From Atractiella rhizophila (lineage: Eukaryota), in contig MU271212.1 of the NCBI GenBank assembly GCA_021432655.1, forward strand, positions 62,001 through 126,000: a stretch of DNA of 64,000 bases. The letters are read 5' to 3'. Of this stretch, positions 62,961 through 64,000 are shown piece after piece; the first letter of the stretch is position 1, and every line of letters starts with the position of its first letter. Position numbers and translations under genes: made by a program. The notes beneath the pieces were generated by a model. That model was given only the letters and a program-made list of their open reading frames with translations, was not told the origin of the DNA and did not search any database.

Positions 62961-64000
62961 GAATAATACTTCTACACTTGCAGTAAGCAGTCAGTGAATG
63001 GGCGTCATATGTCAAAAATAAGTGTGATGAACAAGTTGTGTGGCGACTCAAATGCAGTTCTGTGCGCATTAGCGTCACAGCGACTATTTTTCTGACAACT
63101 CCTCTGGCAACAACCAGAACTGAGTTCAGGAATGGACAGAAATCCAATCTAGACCCTCATAGGAAGAGCTGGCTGTGAGACGGCGCAAATGACAAGCCTC
63201 TTTCACGAGCACTTGGTCCCTCCCCTAACTGATGGTGAGCTCAGCAGACTGAGCGAGACGACCACTTTGAGTATCCATCACTGGCGCACTCTTCTGTCAC
63301 TTCTTCGGACCCACACCAGAATCCAGGGTTCATAGCGTTAAGCAGATTTAACATTCTCGACATTCTGCAACTTTTCATGTCTCGCCATAACTTGGCGGAC
63401 CAACAGAAGGCAGGTTTAGCAGCCATCAAAGACCAAAAATGGACTGACGTCCTCTGCCCAAGGAGAACAACGATCAGATCGCTATATTTAGGTAAAACTC
63501 CTGTCTGCCTTCGTTCTTGGAACGATGAGTAGCATAACAGCTCCCTCCATCTCTGCAGGGCACCGATGTTATCAAAGCAAGTAAAGTCAACGGATGCATG
63601 TGAACAAGGACAAAAGCTCATTTTACGTCTGAGGATGCGATTCATTCCTCCTTGGACATTGAAGTAAGGGAATCGCCTCATCCGTAGAATGAAACACTGT
63701 AGCCCATTCTTGCATTGTAATCAAGTAATCAACTTAAGCAGGATTATGAGCAGTCTGAAAAGCTTTGAAAGGAGTGGCACCATCCAACCCCTGGAAATAT
63801 CGCCTCCTCTTTACACATCCAAGCAGAAACGCACCTTTGTTCGAGTAACCAAACTCCTCCTTTCGACTTTTCTTAGATCTCTCTTGAAGACAACGATGTG
63901 AGGTCACACAAAGCGAGCCTTGGTCGTTCTTTTGAGCATTCGCCCCTGCCGTAGAACGGAGTCACGGATTCAGATCAGGTGATGTCGTATTTTCGTTCCG

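Noticed and set aside
63100..64000. Possible gene fragments at the window end
   Set aside because: Only short ORFs without recognisable homology, and cut off by the window edge.

Overview
This is an intron-rich fungal (basidiomycete-like) genomic window; most introns are about 45-60 nt. It carries roughly 19 distinct protein-coding loci: the ILV1 3' end, MVD1, a GtaA-type glutaminase, two DUF6534-like membrane paralogs, an HMG-box factor, a secreted/GPI-type protein, MRPL51, an M20 peptidase, a Pep12-like syntaxin, a Q-rich protein, a Zn2Cys6 factor, an AMSH-type JAMM deubiquitinase, a myotubularin, an MDR dehydrogenase, a beta-lactamase-like hydrolase, an Aim9/APH-like kinase-fold protein, a VWA protein, and several hypotheticals. 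The dominant structure is a diverged ~11-12 kb tandem duplication (20331-30993 vs 31019-43178) around a 25-N gap, with a nested third copy of about 1.8 kb. The most striking signal is 25513-30993: it is a REVERSED-BUT-NOT-COMPLEMENTED (mirror) version of 37767-43178. Reading it backwards restores the upstream ORF in frame and gives open frames at the sites where two genes are broken in the forward copy. This is almost certainly an assembly or processing error, not biology. I found no convincing novel biological system. Exon boundaries were read by eye and family calls come from motif recognition, not database searches.
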